Shown: positions 52,917-63,050, numbered from the stretch's first letter. The stretch: DNA of 64,000 nt from Sulfitobacter sp. (GCA_013002405.1 JABDKA010000057.1:516-64515), one strand, 5' to 3'. Notes: a model not told the origin generated them from the sequence alone. Numbers and translations: made by a program.

Positions 52917-53558
52917 ATGACTGATAGTGATCGCCATCTGACCATCGTGGATCATCCGCTGGTGCAGCACAAACTGACCATCATGCGGGACAAGGATACC
53001 CCAACAGCTGTATTCCGTCAGCTTTTGCGCGAAATCAGCCAGCTTCTGGCCTATGAGGTCACCCGGCATCTGCCCCTCGCCATCAAGCATATCGAAACCC
53101 CCATGCGAGAGATGGACGCGCCCACGCTGGCGGGGAAGAAGCTCGCGCTGATTTCTATCCTGAGGGCTGGGAACGGCCTTCTGGACGGGGTGTTGGAACT
53201 CATCCCCTCCGCAAGGGTCGGCTTTGTCGGTCTTTACCGCGACGAAGAGACGCTTAAGCCCGTACAGTATTACTTCAAGGTGCCAGAGGGGCTCGATGAC
53301 CGCCTCGTGATCGTGGTCGACCCGATGCTGGCAACGGGCAATTCCTCTGTCGCGGCGGTTGATCTGCTCAAGAACGCAGGTGCCACCAACATACGCTTTC
53401 TCTGCCTCCTTGCGGCCCCCGAAGGGATCGCCCGGATGAAGGAGGCGCATCCCGATGTCCCCATCGTTACGGCCGCAGTAGACGAAAAGCTGAACGAGGT
53501 CGGCTACATCGTGCCGGGCCTTGGCGACGCGGGCGACCGCATGTTTGGGACCAAATGA
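52917..53558 (+). CDS. upp: Uracil phosphoribosyltransferase
   Basis: [30 protein letters not shown]. Confidence 0.97.
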   Translation: MTDSDRHLTIVDHPLVQHKLTIMRDKDTPTAVFRQLLREISQLLAYEVTRHLPLAIKHIETPMREMDAPTLAGKKLALISILRAGNGLLDGVLELIPSARVGFVGLYRDEETLKPVQYYFKVPEGLDDRLVIVVDPMLATGNSSVAAVDLLKNAGATNIRFLCLLAAPEGIARMKEAHPDVPIVTAAVDEKLNEVGYIVPGLGDAGDRMFGTK

Positions 53559-53661
53559 AGAATTAATTGGCCAAAATGGCGCGGTTTGGCCGCGCTGATG
53601 CTGGACAGAGCTCTCGGGCTGCTGCATCTTGCAGACCATATATATTGTGTGGGGGCGCGAG

Positions 53662-54978
53662 ATGAAGGTGACCAGACTACTAGCGATAGCAACCATTGCG
53701 GGCTCACTCTGCGTCGGTATCAGCAACGCACAGATCCCCGAACAGCAGCCGGCCGAGTTTCCACCAGTCACCTACAAGGGCAAGCAATACGTCGATAGCA
53801 GGGGCTGCGTTTTCATAAGGGCAGGCATCGATGGAGACGTGGCCTGGGTGCCGCGCGTGACCCGCGACCGCAAGATCGTCTGTGGTTTCAAGCCGTCCCT
53901 CTCCGCCGGGGTGGCCGCGGCGCCAGCGCCCGCCGCCGCCGCAGAAAAACCTGTCGAGACCGCGCGGACTGTACCGGCGGTCACACCCCGGCCCGCTCCG
54001 GTGCCCCGCGCGGTGGCTCCCAAGCCGCGCAAGGCCGCACCGGTTGTTGTGCGCCAGACCGCGCCGAAGCCTGCGCCCCGTCGGATCGCACCAGCGCCCG
54101 CCGCACCGGCCCCGTCCACGCCACAGATCGCCACGGCCTGTCCCGATGCCTCGCCCCTCTCACAGCAGTACCTGCCCCGTGTCAGCGGTCTGGCGGTCCG
54201 CTGCGGGCCGCAGGCCGCGCCGGTCCTGGGCCAGCCCCGATCAGGGACCGCAGTGGCGGCGTCCGCAGGCGGGGTTCCGGTAAAGCGCCCCGGAGCGTCT
54301 GCGCGCCCTGCACCGGTGAAGGTTTCACCCACCACCCGCATCGTGCCACGGCACGTGGCGCAGAAGCGGGTCAATACGCGGAACGGCAGCGTGCGCGTCC
54401 CCCCGGGCTACCGCCGCGTCTGGGAAGACGGGCGGCTCAATCCCAAACGGGCAGAGCAGACCCTCCGGGGCCGGTCAGATATGCTGTTGATCTGGACCCA
54501 GACGGTGCCGCGGCGTCTGATCGATCAGAGCACGGGGCGCGATGTGACGGCCTCGGTTCCGCTGGTCTATCCCTATCTTGATCAGGCGACACAACGCCGC
54601 GAGTTCGGAGAGGTGACCCTGGTCCAGCGGCAAGGCCAGCAGATGAAGCGGATCAGGCGCAATCCGGGCGTGACGCAACCCACCTACAGTGCAAGCACCG
54701 GCTCAGCGCGCAGGGTCGTCGCCGCACCCGTCACGGCCCAGGCGGTAGTGGGCAAACGTTATGTCCAGATCGGCCTCTACGGCAGCCCGGACACGGCCCA
54801 GTCGGCGGCGCGTCAGGTGGCCAGCATGGGGATGCCTGCACGTATCGGCAAGTATCGCCGCGGTGGGAAGACCTACATGAGTGTCCAGGCGGGCCCCTTT
54901 GAGGGCAGTCAGGCGATGACCTCAGCCATGAACCGACTGCGCCGCGCGGGCTACAGCGAGGCCTTCCCCCGCAATTGA
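53662..54978 (+). CDS. Exported SPOR domain protein with Pro/Ala-rich linker
   Basis: Signal peptide; YVDSRGCVFIRAG; C-terminal YVQIGLY..A..L..AGY.EAF. Confidence 0.85.
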   Translation: MKVTRLLAIATIAGSLCVGISNAQIPEQQPAEFPPVTYKGKQYVDSRGCVFIRAGIDGDVAWVPRVTRDRKIVCGFKPSLSAGVAAAPAPAAAAEKPVETARTVPAVTPRPAPVPRAVAPKPRKAAPVVVRQTAPKPAPRRIAPAPAAPAPSTPQIATACPDASPLSQQYLPRVSGLAVRCGPQAAPVLGQPRSGTAVAASAGGVPVKRPGASARPAPVKVSPTTRIVPRHVAQKRVNTRNGSVRVPPGYRRVWEDGRLNPKRAEQTLRGRSDMLLIWTQTVPRRLIDQSTGRDVTASVPLVYPYLDQATQRREFGEVTLVQRQGQQMKRIRRNPGVTQPTYSASTGSARRVVAAPVTAQAVVGKRYVQIGLYGSPDTAQSAARQVASMGMPARIGKYRRGGKTYMSVQAGPFEGSQAMTSAMNRLRRAGYSEAFPRN

Positions 54979-54985
54979 TGCCAAT

Positions 54986-55705
54986 CTACCCCGGTGCCAA
55001 TCGTGGCCAGTCGGAAAGGATCCGGCTGGCCATTTCCTTGCCCCAGATCGCATAGAGATCGGGGGAGGGATGAAAGCCATCCTCGGCAACCAGCTCGGGC
55101 CGAGGGTCCAGGGCAAAAGGCATGTAGGTCAGATCGCTCCGGGTGCCCGCGTGTCGGGCCATGAGGGCTTCAAAAGCGCGGCCTTGCCGGGCGAGGGTCC
55201 AGCGCAGCGGGTTGGGCAGGAGCGGGAATTCCTGCAGAGGCGGCACGCCCGAGAGGTAAATGTGCTTTGGGGCGTAGAGTTCCGCGATACGCGCATGAAG
55301 CCTTTGTTGCAGTTCAAGCCAGACGCGCGGCCGGACAAGGCGCGTGACGTCGTTCACGCCAAGGGCAGTGATCACGATATCCGTCGGCGCGGGGGGCCGT
55401 TCTGCAAGCCGTGACAGCGTGCTGCGGGTCGTGGCACCGGTGATGGCGTCGAGCGACCAGTGCACAGTGAACTGCGCAGCCAGATGGGCCACCGTCTGAC
55501 CGGCCAGTGCCTCATCCTGGGTATCGGCCCCGACCCCGGCGGCAGAGCTGTCGCCGATGATGCGCAGGTGCAGCGGCGGACCATCGCCCGCCATGCCCGA
55601 ACGGGGGCCGTTGGCCTCTGGCAGGCTTTTCGCGCGGCGGCGCACTGTCAGCGCCTGGGCGACCAGGATGGGTGAGAGAGCGACTCTTGGTACGAGGTCG
55701 AACAT
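54986..55705 (-). CDS. SGNH/GDSL hydrolase
   Basis: IGDSSAAGVG, GVND, DGFHP. Confidence 0.92.
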   Translation of the reverse strand: MFDLVPRVALSPILVAQALTVRRRAKSLPEANGPRSGMAGDGPPLHLRIIGDSSAAGVGADTQDEALAGQTVAHLAAQFTVHWSLDAITGATTRSTLSRLAERPPAPTDIVITALGVNDVTRLVRPRVWLELQQRLHARIAELYAPKHIYLSGVPPLQEFPLLPNPLRWTLARQGRAFEALMARHAGTRSDLTYMPFALDPRPELVAEDGFHPSPDLYAIWGKEMASRILSDWPRLAPG

Positions 55706-55708
55706 GGA

Positions 55709-56722
55709 CTAACCTCCGCAGATGTTCTGCAGACGTAGCCAGTTGGCATCGGACATCAAGGGCTCGGTCAGCTTGCCCGCCATGGGATCCCCCTCGATAA
55801 GTCCCAGCGTGGTCTCACCCGTGATGTCCCGGGCGTAGGCGAAGGGAGAGGAGCGCAGGGCAGCCGCTTCAAACCGGGCAAGCTGGGCGGCAAGATCGGG
55901 CGCCGGGCGCGGTGCGGTGGTTAGGTGTTCGGCGTAGGCATCCAGTGCCTCGGATGTCACATCACCCGTTGTAAGAAGCCGCAGGTTTTCCCACAGGCCG
56001 GCAACCTTCAGCAGATCGCGCAGGGGGTCGCTGGCGCTGCGCCGCGTCTGTTCGGTCAGGACATAGCCAGCGGCCACGTCCGGTTCCTCGAAATCCTCGA
56101 TCACGGCGCGGTCCAGCAAAATAAGGCGGCCGGGCAGGTGCAGGCTGTCCTGGGTAAGATTCGGCAGGACGGCTAGGCGGCCCGCCTGCAGACGCAGGGA
56201 CAAGAGCCCCAGTGCCGCAATGCCGCCGGGATCCGCGCAGCGGGGGCCTGAGAGCCGCTCGAGCCGCTCCAGCAGGTCCGCTCCGATCTGGGCGCGTTTG
56301 GCATCTGGGACCACGCGCAGGGTATGGTCCTGCACCGCCCCCGGCAGCCAGAAAAGGGCGAGCGCCGTAACGGCGAGGGCGGCCGCGATGGTCGAGAAGA
56401 GACGAAGACGGCCCGGTCGGGGCCGCGCCCGGTCGATGGCAAGGCGCAGGGTTTCGATGGCCTCAACCATCTCCTTCTCGTGCTCGGGCAGTTCAAGAGT
56501 TTCGCCGGGATCGCCGTTAGGATGATAGAGGGCGGGCCGCGTGCCGGGATTCGCACGCTCAATCGCGGCGAGCGACCAGTGGGCCAGAGCTCTGTCGTTC
56601 ATATCGGTGATGACAAGTGTTGCATCGCCCAAGGATACAATGACCTCGCGCCGCTGCTCTGCTGCGGTGGCGCGCCAAAGACCTGTCGCCTCTAGCCGGG
56701 CGTATTTGGTCAATGCCGTCAT
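55709..56722 (-). CDS. Single-TM hypothetical protein with degenerate peptidase M48-like region
   Basis: N-terminal cytoplasmic domain, one TM helix, LPGRLILL..; VAAGYVLTEQTR where HExxH would be expected. Confidence 0.7.
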   Translation of the reverse strand: MTALTKYARLEATGLWRATAAEQRREVIVSLGDATLVITDMNDRALAHWSLAAIERANPGTRPALYHPNGDPGETLELPEHEKEMVEAIETLRLAIDRARPRPGRLRLFSTIAAALAVTALALFWLPGAVQDHTLRVVPDAKRAQIGADLLERLERLSGPRCADPGGIAALGLLSLRLQAGRLAVLPNLTQDSLHLPGRLILLDRAVIEDFEEPDVAAGYVLTEQTRRSASDPLRDLLKVAGLWENLRLLTTGDVTSEALDAYAEHLTTAPRPAPDLAAQLARFEAAALRSSPFAYARDITGETTLGLIEGDPMAGKLTEPLMSDANWLRLQNICGG

Positions 56723-56808
56723 GTGCGCTGCGATACTGCCTCAAGTGTTGCGACAGTCTAGCAGCGGGGATAGTCCGGGCAAAGGGGTGGCAGGCGCTTT
56801 GGGAAGGA

Positions 56809-57279
56809 ATGATCATGCGGATTGAACGGGCACGACAGGATGATTTGGCAGAGGTGGCCGCCCTGTGGCACGCGGGCTGGCACCAGGCCCATGCCGATAT
56901 CGTCCCGCCCGCCCTGGTGGCCTCTCGCCAGCCCGCGGAGTTTGAGGCGCGGGCGGCCAAGCGGTTGTCCGCGACGTGGGTTGCGCGGGCCGGGGGTGGG
57001 CTGGCGGGCTTCTACATGCTCGAAGGTGATGAGCTTTATCAGTTTTACGTTGATGCGAGATTTCAGGGGCGAGGCGTGGCAGGTTCGATGATGGCGGCGG
57101 TGGAACGGGATCTGACGGGCCGGGTGGCCTGGCTAGCCTGCAGCGTCGGCAATGATCGGGCGGCGCGTTTCTATGAGAAGGCGGGCTGGCGGCGCGAGGC
57201 CGAAGAGGTCTATCCGGTTGAGTCGGCGGAGGGAACGCAGGAGGTGATCGCCTGGCGGTTCGAAAAGGACCTGCGCTGA
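56809..57279 (+). CDS. GNAT N-acetyltransferase
   Basis: QFYV..RFQGRGVA, N.RA.RFYEKAGW. Confidence 0.9.
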   Translation: MIMRIERARQDDLAEVAALWHAGWHQAHADIVPPALVASRQPAEFEARAAKRLSATWVARAGGGLAGFYMLEGDELYQFYVDARFQGRGVAGSMMAAVERDLTGRVAWLACSVGNDRAARFYEKAGWRREAEEVYPVESAEGTQEVIAWRFEKDLR

Positions 57280-57285
57280 GCCGCA

Positions 57286-57308
57286 GGTCCCGGATTGGGT
57301 CAGGGACC
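57286..57308. repeat. Palindromic repeat (CCGGATCAAGTCCGG-like family)
   Basis: GGTCCCGGATTGGGTCAGGGACC. Confidence 0.5.
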
Positions 57309-57349
57309 GAGGTGCCTTGACTGCTTTGGATCCGATGCTGAGGGATCCA

Positions 57350-57398
57350 GGGGGCTTTTGCCCCCGGACCCACCAAATGAATTCTCACTGATAAAGAG
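57350..57398 (+). repeat. Short intergenic repeat (GGGGC-N3/4-GCCCC family)
   Basis: GGGGGCTTTTGCCCCC ... TGATAAAGAG (same 3' end as the 33351 copy). Confidence 0.55.
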
Positions 57399-57404
57399 AG
57401 AGGT

Positions 57405-59024
57405 TCAGAGATCGGCCGCAGTCTTGCGCAGTTCAAACTTCTGGATCTTGCCGGTGGAGGTCTTGGGCAGCTCCTGAAAGACGACCTTCTTGGGGGCCTT
57501 GAACCCCGCGAGCGTCTCGCGCGTGAAGGCGATCAGCGCCGCCTCATCGCCGGTCGCCCCCGGTTTCAGCTCCACGAAGGCGCAAGGGACTTCGCCCCAC
57601 GTCTCGTCCGGCTTGGCGACGACGGCGGCCAGGTTCACGTCCGGGTGTCCCATGATCACACCTTCGACTTCGACGGATGAGATGTTTTCACCGCCCGAGA
57701 TGATGATGTCCTTGGCCCGGTCTGCGATCTGTATATAGCCATCGGGGTGCTGGACGGCGATGTCGCCCGAATGGAAATAGCCGCCCGCAAAGGATTCAGC
57801 AGTGGCCTGCGGGTTCTTGAGGTAACCCTTCATCACCGAATTGCCCCGGATCATGATCTCTCCCTGTGTGGTGCCGTCACGGGGGACTTCTTTCAAATCG
57901 GCATCGGTGACAGTGATATGTTCCATCATGGGCATGGCCACGCCCTGCCGCGCCTTGATGGCGGCCTTGTCGGATTGCGCCAGGCTGTTCCAGTCCTCGG
58001 CCTTCCAGATGCATTCGGTCACATGTCCGTAGGTCTCTGTCAGGCCGTAGACCTGTGTGACGTTGAAGCCCAATCTCTCGATCTTTGCCAGGGTCGCGGG
58101 GGCGGGGGGCGCGCCTGCGGTAAAGACCTCGACCGTGTGGTCGAAAGGGCGGCGTTCCTCTTCTGGCGCATTGACGAGCATGTTCAGCACAATAGGCGCG
58201 CCACCGAAGTGGGTGACGCCCTCAACCGCGATGGCGTTGTAGATGTTCCCGGCCGTGATATCGCGGCAGCAGACCAGCGTGCCGCCGATAAGCGGCATCA
58301 TCCAGGTGTGGTTCCAGCCGTTGCAGTGAAAGAGTGGCACAATCTGCATGAAGACAGGATGCAGCACCATCCGCCAGGAAATGACGGTGCCCATAGTCAT
58401 CAGGTAAGCGCCGCGATGATGATAGACCACGCCCTTGGGCCGTCCGGTGGTGCCAGACGTGTAGTTGAGCGCGAGGCTTTCCCACTCATCCTGCGGCATC
58501 TTCCAGTCATAGGTAGGGTCGCCGCCTTCCAGCAGCGCCTCGTAGGTCTGGTGCCTTCCGGTCGCGGGCAGCTTGTCCGTGACCTCGATGATCTTGGGTG
58601 CGGTGCCTTCCATCTCCGCGCAGGCGGCCTCGGCCAGTGCCACGAATTCCGTATCGACAAGGGCCACCTTTGCCCCGCCGTGTTCAAAGATGTAGGCTAC
58701 GGTGGCCACGTCGAGCCGGGTGTTGATCGTGTTCAGCACTGCACCGCAGGCGGGCACGCCAAAGTGCGCCTCGGCCTGGGCAGGCAGGTTGGGGATGAGG
58801 GTGGCGACAACCTCACCCGGGCCTACGCCAATCTGCTCAAGCGCCGAGGCCAACCGGGAACAACGTCCGTAATATTCCGCGTAGGTGACACGGTGATCGC
58901 CGTGGACCACGGCCAGCCGGTCGGCAAAGACGTCCGCCGCGCGGCGCAGGTGCGACAGTGGCGTGAGCGGTACGTAGTTGGCGGCGCACTTGTCGAGCCC
59001 CGTTTCGTCCTGCATCCATCCCAT
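57405..59024 (-). CDS. Acyl-CoA synthetase (AMP-binding family)
   Basis: YTSGTTGRPKG, YGLTET, SGD, RAKDIIISGGEN, PKTSTGKIQK. Confidence 0.93.
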   Translation of the reverse strand: MGWMQDETGLDKCAANYVPLTPLSHLRRAADVFADRLAVVHGDHRVTYAEYYGRCSRLASALEQIGVGPGEVVATLIPNLPAQAEAHFGVPACGAVLNTINTRLDVATVAYIFEHGGAKVALVDTEFVALAEAACAEMEGTAPKIIEVTDKLPATGRHQTYEALLEGGDPTYDWKMPQDEWESLALNYTSGTTGRPKGVVYHHRGAYLMTMGTVISWRMVLHPVFMQIVPLFHCNGWNHTWMMPLIGGTLVCCRDITAGNIYNAIAVEGVTHFGGAPIVLNMLVNAPEEERRPFDHTVEVFTAGAPPAPATLAKIERLGFNVTQVYGLTETYGHVTECIWKAEDWNSLAQSDKAAIKARQGVAMPMMEHITVTDADLKEVPRDGTTQGEIMIRGNSVMKGYLKNPQATAESFAGGYFHSGDIAVQHPDGYIQIADRAKDIIISGGENISSVEVEGVIMGHPDVNLAAVVAKPDETWGEVPCAFVELKPGATGDEAALIAFTRETLAGFKAPKKVVFQELPKTSTGKIQKFELRKTAADL

Positions 59025-59118
59025 GTCGCTTCTCCCTGATCGGTCCTGGATTCCAGCAAAGAGTATTGCGGGCCGCGCGGGACTTTGGAAGGGTGTTTTC
59101 GCGAAGGAGGCCGCACCC

Positions 59119-60054
59119 ATGGGCAGTCAGATCAACAAACCCGGGCTGGCGGCCCTGTCGGTGCTCGGCGGAATGGCCACACTGGGCCTGACGGACAATT
59201 TCGTCCCCTACATCTCGGAACGCGGATCGCTCTGGCAGTTTCACTTTGTCCGCTCCTTGATGGCTTTCGCTATTCTTGCAGCCGTCGTCGCACTTGGCTT
59301 CGGCAGCCTGCGGGCCAGGAACTGGGGCGCGGTGCTGGGGCGCAGCTTTTTTCAGGCGGGGGCGATGCTGATCTATTTCGGCTGCCTGTCGATCCTGCCA
59401 ATCGGCGTGGTGGTCGCAGGTCTCTTCACTTCACCCCTCTTTGTGGTGCTGATCACGATCCTGTTTCAAGGCAAGCGGGTTGGCCCCTTCCGCTGGGTGG
59501 CGGTGGTGCTGGGCTTTGTCGGCGCGCTCATGGTGATCCGCCCCGATCCGGCGGAGCTTGATCCGGTGGCCTTCATGCCGATCCTCGCCGGATTGCTCTA
59601 CGCCATCGGAGCCGTGGCCACCCGCGCCTGGTGCGAGGGGGAGAGCACGCTGACTCTGACGGCGGGATTTTTTGGGATCCTGGGGCTTTTCGGCCTCATT
59701 GGGATCTTTGCCGTAACGGGGGAGGCTCCGTCAGGCCACGCCGGTTTCGTGCTGCGGTCCTGGGGACCGCTCGATGCCGAGATGCTCTTCTGGTTCGCCG
59801 TGCAGGCTGTCGGATCGCTCATTGGGATCGGCCTGATCTTTCGCGGCTACCTCATGGGAGAGGCGAGCCACGTGGCGGTCTTCGAGTATTCGCTGCTGGT
59901 CTTTGCCAGCTTCTGGGCCTGGATCCTGTGGGGACAGACGGTACCCGCTTTGGGCCTGGTGGGCATGCTCCTGATCGGGTTCGCGGGAAGCGTGATCGCC
60001 CTGCGCAGCGCCGAGCCACCCGTTGCGGGCCGGGTTCCGGAGGTGCCGCAGTGA
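59119..60054 (+). CDS. DMT/EamA family transporter
   Basis: About 10 TM segments; FTSPLF, IRP, FEYS. Confidence 0.88.
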   Translation: MGSQINKPGLAALSVLGGMATLGLTDNFVPYISERGSLWQFHFVRSLMAFAILAAVVALGFGSLRARNWGAVLGRSFFQAGAMLIYFGCLSILPIGVVVAGLFTSPLFVVLITILFQGKRVGPFRWVAVVLGFVGALMVIRPDPAELDPVAFMPILAGLLYAIGAVATRAWCEGESTLTLTAGFFGILGLFGLIGIFAVTGEAPSGHAGFVLRSWGPLDAEMLFWFAVQAVGSLIGIGLIFRGYLMGEASHVAVFEYSLLVFASFWAWILWGQTVPALGLVGMLLIGFAGSVIALRSAEPPVAGRVPEVPQ

Positions 60055-60701
60055 TCATCAGCCGGGGGCGCAGGTATATCTTCGTGCATGCCCCCAAGAC
60101 CGGGGGTACCTCACTGGCGTTGGCGCTGGAAGACCGGGCGATGAAAGACGACATCATGCTGGGAGACACGCCCAAGGCGGTGAAACGGCGGCGCAGGCTG
60201 CAGGGGGTGCAATCGGCCGGGCGGCTCTGGAAGCACAGTACCTTGGCGGATATCGACGGGCTGGTCTCAATAGAGGAATTGGCGGGCTTTTTCTGCTTCA
60301 CGATGGTACGCAACCCCTGGGACCGGGTGGTAAGCTACTATCATTGGCTGCGCGAACAGTCCTTCGATCATCCGGCCGTGATCCTTGCGAAGGGGACGGA
60401 TTTCGCGGGCTTCATCGGGGTGGAGCATGCCCAGCGGAGCCTGCGCGCGGCTTCGGCGGCTCACTACATGCGGGATGCCACGGGGCAGGAAAGGTGCGAT
60501 TGTTACATCCGGCTGGAGCATTTCGAGGCGGATGCGGCGCCTCTCTTTACCCATCTGGGGTTCCGCTTAGATCTGCCCCGTGTGAACGCTTCAGAGCGGA
60601 GAGAGGATTACCGGTCCTACTATTCACCACCGCTGCGAGAGATCGTGGCGCGCACTTGCGCTGAGGACATAAGGCGCTTCGGGTATTTGTTTGACCCCTG
60701 A
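60051..60701 (+). CDS. Sulfotransferase family protein
   Basis: PAPS-binding motifs HAPKTGGTS and RNPWDRVVSYY; GTG start overlaps the DMT stop. Confidence 0.85.
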   Translation: MIISRGRRYIFVHAPKTGGTSLALALEDRAMKDDIMLGDTPKAVKRRRRLQGVQSAGRLWKHSTLADIDGLVSIEELAGFFCFTMVRNPWDRVVSYYHWLREQSFDHPAVILAKGTDFAGFIGVEHAQRSLRAASAAHYMRDATGQERCDCYIRLEHFEADAAPLFTHLGFRLDLPRVNASERREDYRSYYSPPLREIVARTCAEDIRRFGYLFDP

Positions 60702-60758
60702 TATCCCCTTTCAAAAAAGGCGTGGTCAGAAAACGAACGGAACCGGGAGGAGTATGAG

Positions 60759-61244
60759 ATGCCGACACCTGAGGATCGACTTGAGGCGCTGGGGCTGGTG
60801 CTGCCCCCGCCGGTGAAATTACCCGCCGGGGTGCATCTGCCTTTTTGCATGATCAATGTCCGGGACGACCGGGCCATCTTTTCCGGGCACCCACGGCACG
60901 GGGCAGACGGGGCAATCTCGGGGCCATTCGGTACGCTCGGCCAGGACATGACGACCGAGGAAGGTTATGCCGCCGCGCGGGAGGTAGCCCTTTCGGTGCT
61001 TGCGAATCTGCGCGCCGAGATCGGGTCGCTTTCGTGCGTTCGTGGCTTTGTGCGGATCTTCGGTATGGTCACCTCGGCACCGGGCTACAGTGAGCAGCAT
61101 CTTGTCGTGAATGGCTTCAGCGACACGATCATCGAGGCTTTCGGTCCTGATGTGGGCCGCCACGCCCGGTCCGCGCTCGGGGTGGCCGGTCTGCCGATGG
61201 GGTTCGCCATGGAGATTGAGGGGGAGGTCCTGGTCTCACCCTGA
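60759..61244 (+). CDS. RidA/YjgF family protein
   Basis: RLEALGLVLP, VNGFSD, GRHARSALG, EIE. Confidence 0.88.
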   Translation: MPTPEDRLEALGLVLPPPVKLPAGVHLPFCMINVRDDRAIFSGHPRHGADGAISGPFGTLGQDMTTEEGYAAAREVALSVLANLRAEIGSLSCVRGFVRIFGMVTSAPGYSEQHLVVNGFSDTIIEAFGPDVGRHARSALGVAGLPMGFAMEIEGEVLVSP

Positions 61245-61318
61245 TAGGGTGCAGCGATCTCTGCGCGAGAGCCCTTTCGATGACGCCCCCCCCGGAAGGG
61301 CGCCGCCGATCTCTGAAA

Positions 61319-61360
61319 TTGATCCAGAACAACGACCGCAGGCCTGCGAGGGCCTATCTT
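61319..61360 (+). promoter_or_regulatory. FNR-type class II promoter
   Basis: TTGAT-CCAG-AACAA with -10 TATCTT at 61355-61360. Confidence 0.55.
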
Positions 61361-61411
61361 TGTCACGGTCATTAGCTGCCCAGGCAGCGGAACATCGCGG
61401 GGAGGGACATT

Positions 61412-61939
61412 ATGAAAGTTCTGATACTCTATGGAACGGTCGAGGGTCATACCGGCAAAATCGCCAACTTTGTCACGGACCAGGTCAGGGAGGCGGGTCA
61501 CGAGGTCGCGTTGGTCGATACTGATGACGTAGCGCAGATCTCGTTTGAGGGGGTCGACGCCGTGATCCTTGCCGCCTCCGTTCACCAGCGGCGTCATCCG
61601 AAGAACTTCGAGGCCTCGGTTTCCGCCCACCGCGAGGATCTGAGGGCACGCAAGACCTTGATGCTGTCCGTCAGCCTCAACGCGGCTTTCCCGGAAGGGC
61701 TCGAGGAAGCGGGCGAATACCTGACCGAAATGAAGATGCGCACGAATTTCACACCGGATCACGAGATGCTGGTGGCAGGTGCGGTACGGACCGGCCACTA
61801 CGATTACTTCGCCATGCAGGTGGTGCGCCACGTGGTCCTGCGGGGCCGCGATGTGGACCCCGAAGCGGGCGAGCATGAGTTCACCGATTGGGACGCGGTT
61901 GGGGCCCAGGTGGGGGCCTTTTTGGAAACGACTGGCTGA
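61412..61939 (+). CDS. HemG-like flavodoxin (putative protoporphyrinogen oxidase)
   Basis: LILYGTVEGHT.KIA, ASVH...H, AGA..Y..Y, EFTDW. Confidence 0.8.
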   Translation: MKVLILYGTVEGHTGKIANFVTDQVREAGHEVALVDTDDVAQISFEGVDAVILAASVHQRRHPKNFEASVSAHREDLRARKTLMLSVSLNAAFPEGLEEAGEYLTEMKMRTNFTPDHEMLVAGAVRTGHYDYFAMQVVRHVVLRGRDVDPEAGEHEFTDWDAVGAQVGAFLETTG

Positions 61940-62265
61940 CCGTGACGTTTCTGGGATCCTGTCTTTCCTGACGCGCAGGCCAAGCGCTCTTTTTGGTCAC
62001 CACAGGCCTTTGGATGACCGAGGGCCGCATCGGTTTCGTCCATCCATTGATTCTCATGGCGCGTGTCGGTCGCTTCCGGATCTTATTCAATTCAACACAA
62101 CCATGTACCAATCCAGGGGCAGCCACACCATTGTCGCCGAATTGACTGGAAATGCCTCAATCCGGCCCCACTCCGGGCAAGGCGAGGTCACGTAAATCGT
62201 GACAATTGAGTTCAACGGATTTGCAACGCCGATGCCACCGGCACCACCTTGGGGAAGGTCCTTGT

Positions 62266-62856
62266 ATGTTTGGATGGAACAGTCACGATGCCGCCACGGA
62301 ACCCCGCACGGCAGAGCCTTCCGGGGCGGCAGAAGGCAGCGATGCGCCACTGGAGGCGGGGTTTCTGGCCGGAACCTACGTCGCCACGGACACAGGGTGG
62401 CGCGCGGTTGAGTTACTTGCCGTCGGTGATCTGGTGATGACCTTCGACAATGACCTGCAGCCTATCACGAACCTCAGCCGTCGCACCGTATGGCAGCGCG
62501 GGCAGGACATCCCGCAGCGTGAATGGCCCCTGCTTGTGCCGGTCGGCGTGTTCGACAATGGCTATGACATGTTGGTTCTTCCGGGTCAGGGCCTGATGGT
62601 GGAAAGCGACTGGGGTCAGATGGCCTACGGCGATCCTTTCATCATCGTCCCGGTTCACGCCTTGGAGGGTGTGCGCGGGATCGCCCGCCAGCGGCCGCAG
62701 CGCAGCATGGAAGTGATCACGCTGGAGCTGGAACAGGACAACCTTGTTTACGCGGAAGGCGGTGCGCTGATGCACTGCGCCGCACAGGGGTCAGCCTCGG
62801 GCGCAATGCTGGCGCCCCGGCAAGCAGCCTTTGCGGCGCGGAGTCTTTCGGCCTAG
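62266..62856 (+). CDS. Standalone Hint domain protein lacking Cys1
   Basis: AGFLAGTYVATDTGWRAVELLAVGDLVMTFD ... VYAEGGALMHC. Confidence 0.82.
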   Translation: MFGWNSHDAATEPRTAEPSGAAEGSDAPLEAGFLAGTYVATDTGWRAVELLAVGDLVMTFDNDLQPITNLSRRTVWQRGQDIPQREWPLLVPVGVFDNGYDMLVLPGQGLMVESDWGQMAYGDPFIIVPVHALEGVRGIARQRPQRSMEVITLELEQDNLVYAEGGALMHCAAQGSASGAMLAPRQAAFAARSLSA

Positions 62857-63050
62857 GGGCAGGGCGGCAGCGCCAATCGCGCCAAGCGAGGGGCCCTGCC
62901 ACGTTGCAGATACGTCCGCTGCACATTCCCTGTCCTGATCCAAGGACCTTGCCCGCGAAGTGGAGGGGCCGTGTGAGAGGCGCGGCCCCTTTTCATCGCC
63001 AGCGGTTGCGGTCGGTCTGATAGACTGGCGCCATGACCAACGATTCAGCC

